Under the pieces are notes generated by a model. The model saw nothing but the letters and a program-made list of their open reading frames with translations, did no database searches and was not told where the DNA came from. Shown here piece after piece: positions 31,451-32,000 of a stretch of 32,000 bases of DNA. The stretch spans positions 300,001-332,000 of the forward strand of contig NZ_CP010048.1 of the NCBI RefSeq assembly GCF_000973505.1, in the 5' to 3' direction. The translations under genes and the position numbers were made by a program. Source of the DNA: Candidatus Saccharimonadota bacterium (GTDB lineage Bacteria > Pseudomonadota > Gammaproteobacteria > Enterobacterales > Enterobacteriaceae). The stretch's first letter is position 1, and each line of letters opens with the position of its first letter.

Positions 31451-31590
31451 ATGTAATTAAACATTGTTGAACTGACGTAACAGTATTTTTTTATATTCTT
31501 GTGTATATACAAGATTTATCAGTATTTTGTTTATGACAAAACATATTTTATGTTTGATAAATTTGTTATTTTAAAATTATTAATTTATGT

Positions 31591-32000
31591 TTAAAGATGC
31601 ATCAGTTCTGTTGATTTATTTTCCACAATTTTATTAATTATTTTTGTCCAAGTATCTGTTGATTTTTGTATTTTATTTTGTAATAAATATTCTTTATCTT
31701 GATTGATCATTTTATTTTTTATCAGAATTTTAATTTTTTCGTTCATAGAACGGCGTATATTTCTTATGGAAATTTTTGTTTTTTCTGATTCTGTATTTAC
31801 TAGTTTTATTAATTGATGTCGACGTTCTTCAGTAAGAACAGGCAAAGATACCCGAATAATGTTACCATGTGAACTTATGTTAAGATTTAAATCAGATTTT
31901 TGTATTATAGTTTTTTCAATTAAAGTAACCATTTTAGCATCAAATACGGTAACAACTAGTGTGCCTGGGTTTTCAGTAATAATATTGGCTAAATATCGTA
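31591..32000 (-). CDS. frr: ribosome recycling factor, N-terminus beyond the window edge
   Basis: The frame is open to base 32000 (..RYLANIITENPGTLVVTVFDAKMVTLIEKTI..), so the ORF-track Met at 31932 is internal. LPVLTEERRHQLIKLV and SIRNIRRSMNEKIK are colinear with E. coli Frr residues from about 50 to 185. Confidence 0.93.
   Translation of the reverse strand, partial: RYLANIITENPGTLVVTVFDAKMVTLIEKTIIQKSDLNLNISSHGNIIRVSLPVLTEERRHQLIKLVNTESEKTKISIRNIRRSMNEKIKILIKNKMINQDKEYLLQNKIQKSTDTWTKIINKIVENKSTELMHL

Overview
This window is very AT-rich, with spacers that are almost pure A/T. It is gene-dense and contains only housekeeping genes. It looks like part of the reduced genome of an Enterobacterales-derived obligate insect endosymbiont (Blochmannia/Wigglesworthia-like); the genus cannot be determined from this window. 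I recognise 25 conserved protein genes plus one orphan ORF. In order they are: lon (5' partial), hupB, pmbA, tldD, mreD, mreC, mreB, aroQ, accB, accC, gmhB, proS, tilS, accA, dnaE, lpxB, lpxA, fabZ, lpxD, skp, bamA, rseP, cdsA, uppS, the orphan ORF, and frr (partial). Gene order follows E. coli blocks with deletions. The first block is frr-(dxr)-uppS-cdsA-rseP-bamA-skp-lpxD-fabZ-lpxA-lpxB-(rnhB)-dnaE-accA-(ldcC,yaeR)-tilS-(...)-proS-(...)-gmhB. The second is tldD-(yhdP,rng,maf)-mreDCB-(csrD..)-accBC. I found no rRNA, tRNA, IS or phage genes, CRISPR arrays, toxin-antitoxin modules or defence genes, and I do not see a novel multi-gene system. Two observations are worth follow-up. (1) dnaE is cut short by a nonsense codon exactly at the start of the tau-binding C-terminal domain. 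The dnaE-accA spacer is the colinear, stop-riddled remnant of the missing ~81 codons. (2) The slot where dxr should sit holds a 217-codon, stop-free, K/N-rich ORF with only ghost-like resemblance to Dxr and none of its catalytic motifs, followed by 441 bp of non-coding sequence. Lesser points are loss of rnhB, juxtaposition of tldD and pmbA, many A9-A10 tracts inside ORFs, and a possible in-frame 33-codon expansion in tilS. All homology statements rest on my own reading of the translations against E. coli sequences recalled from memory. No database search was run.
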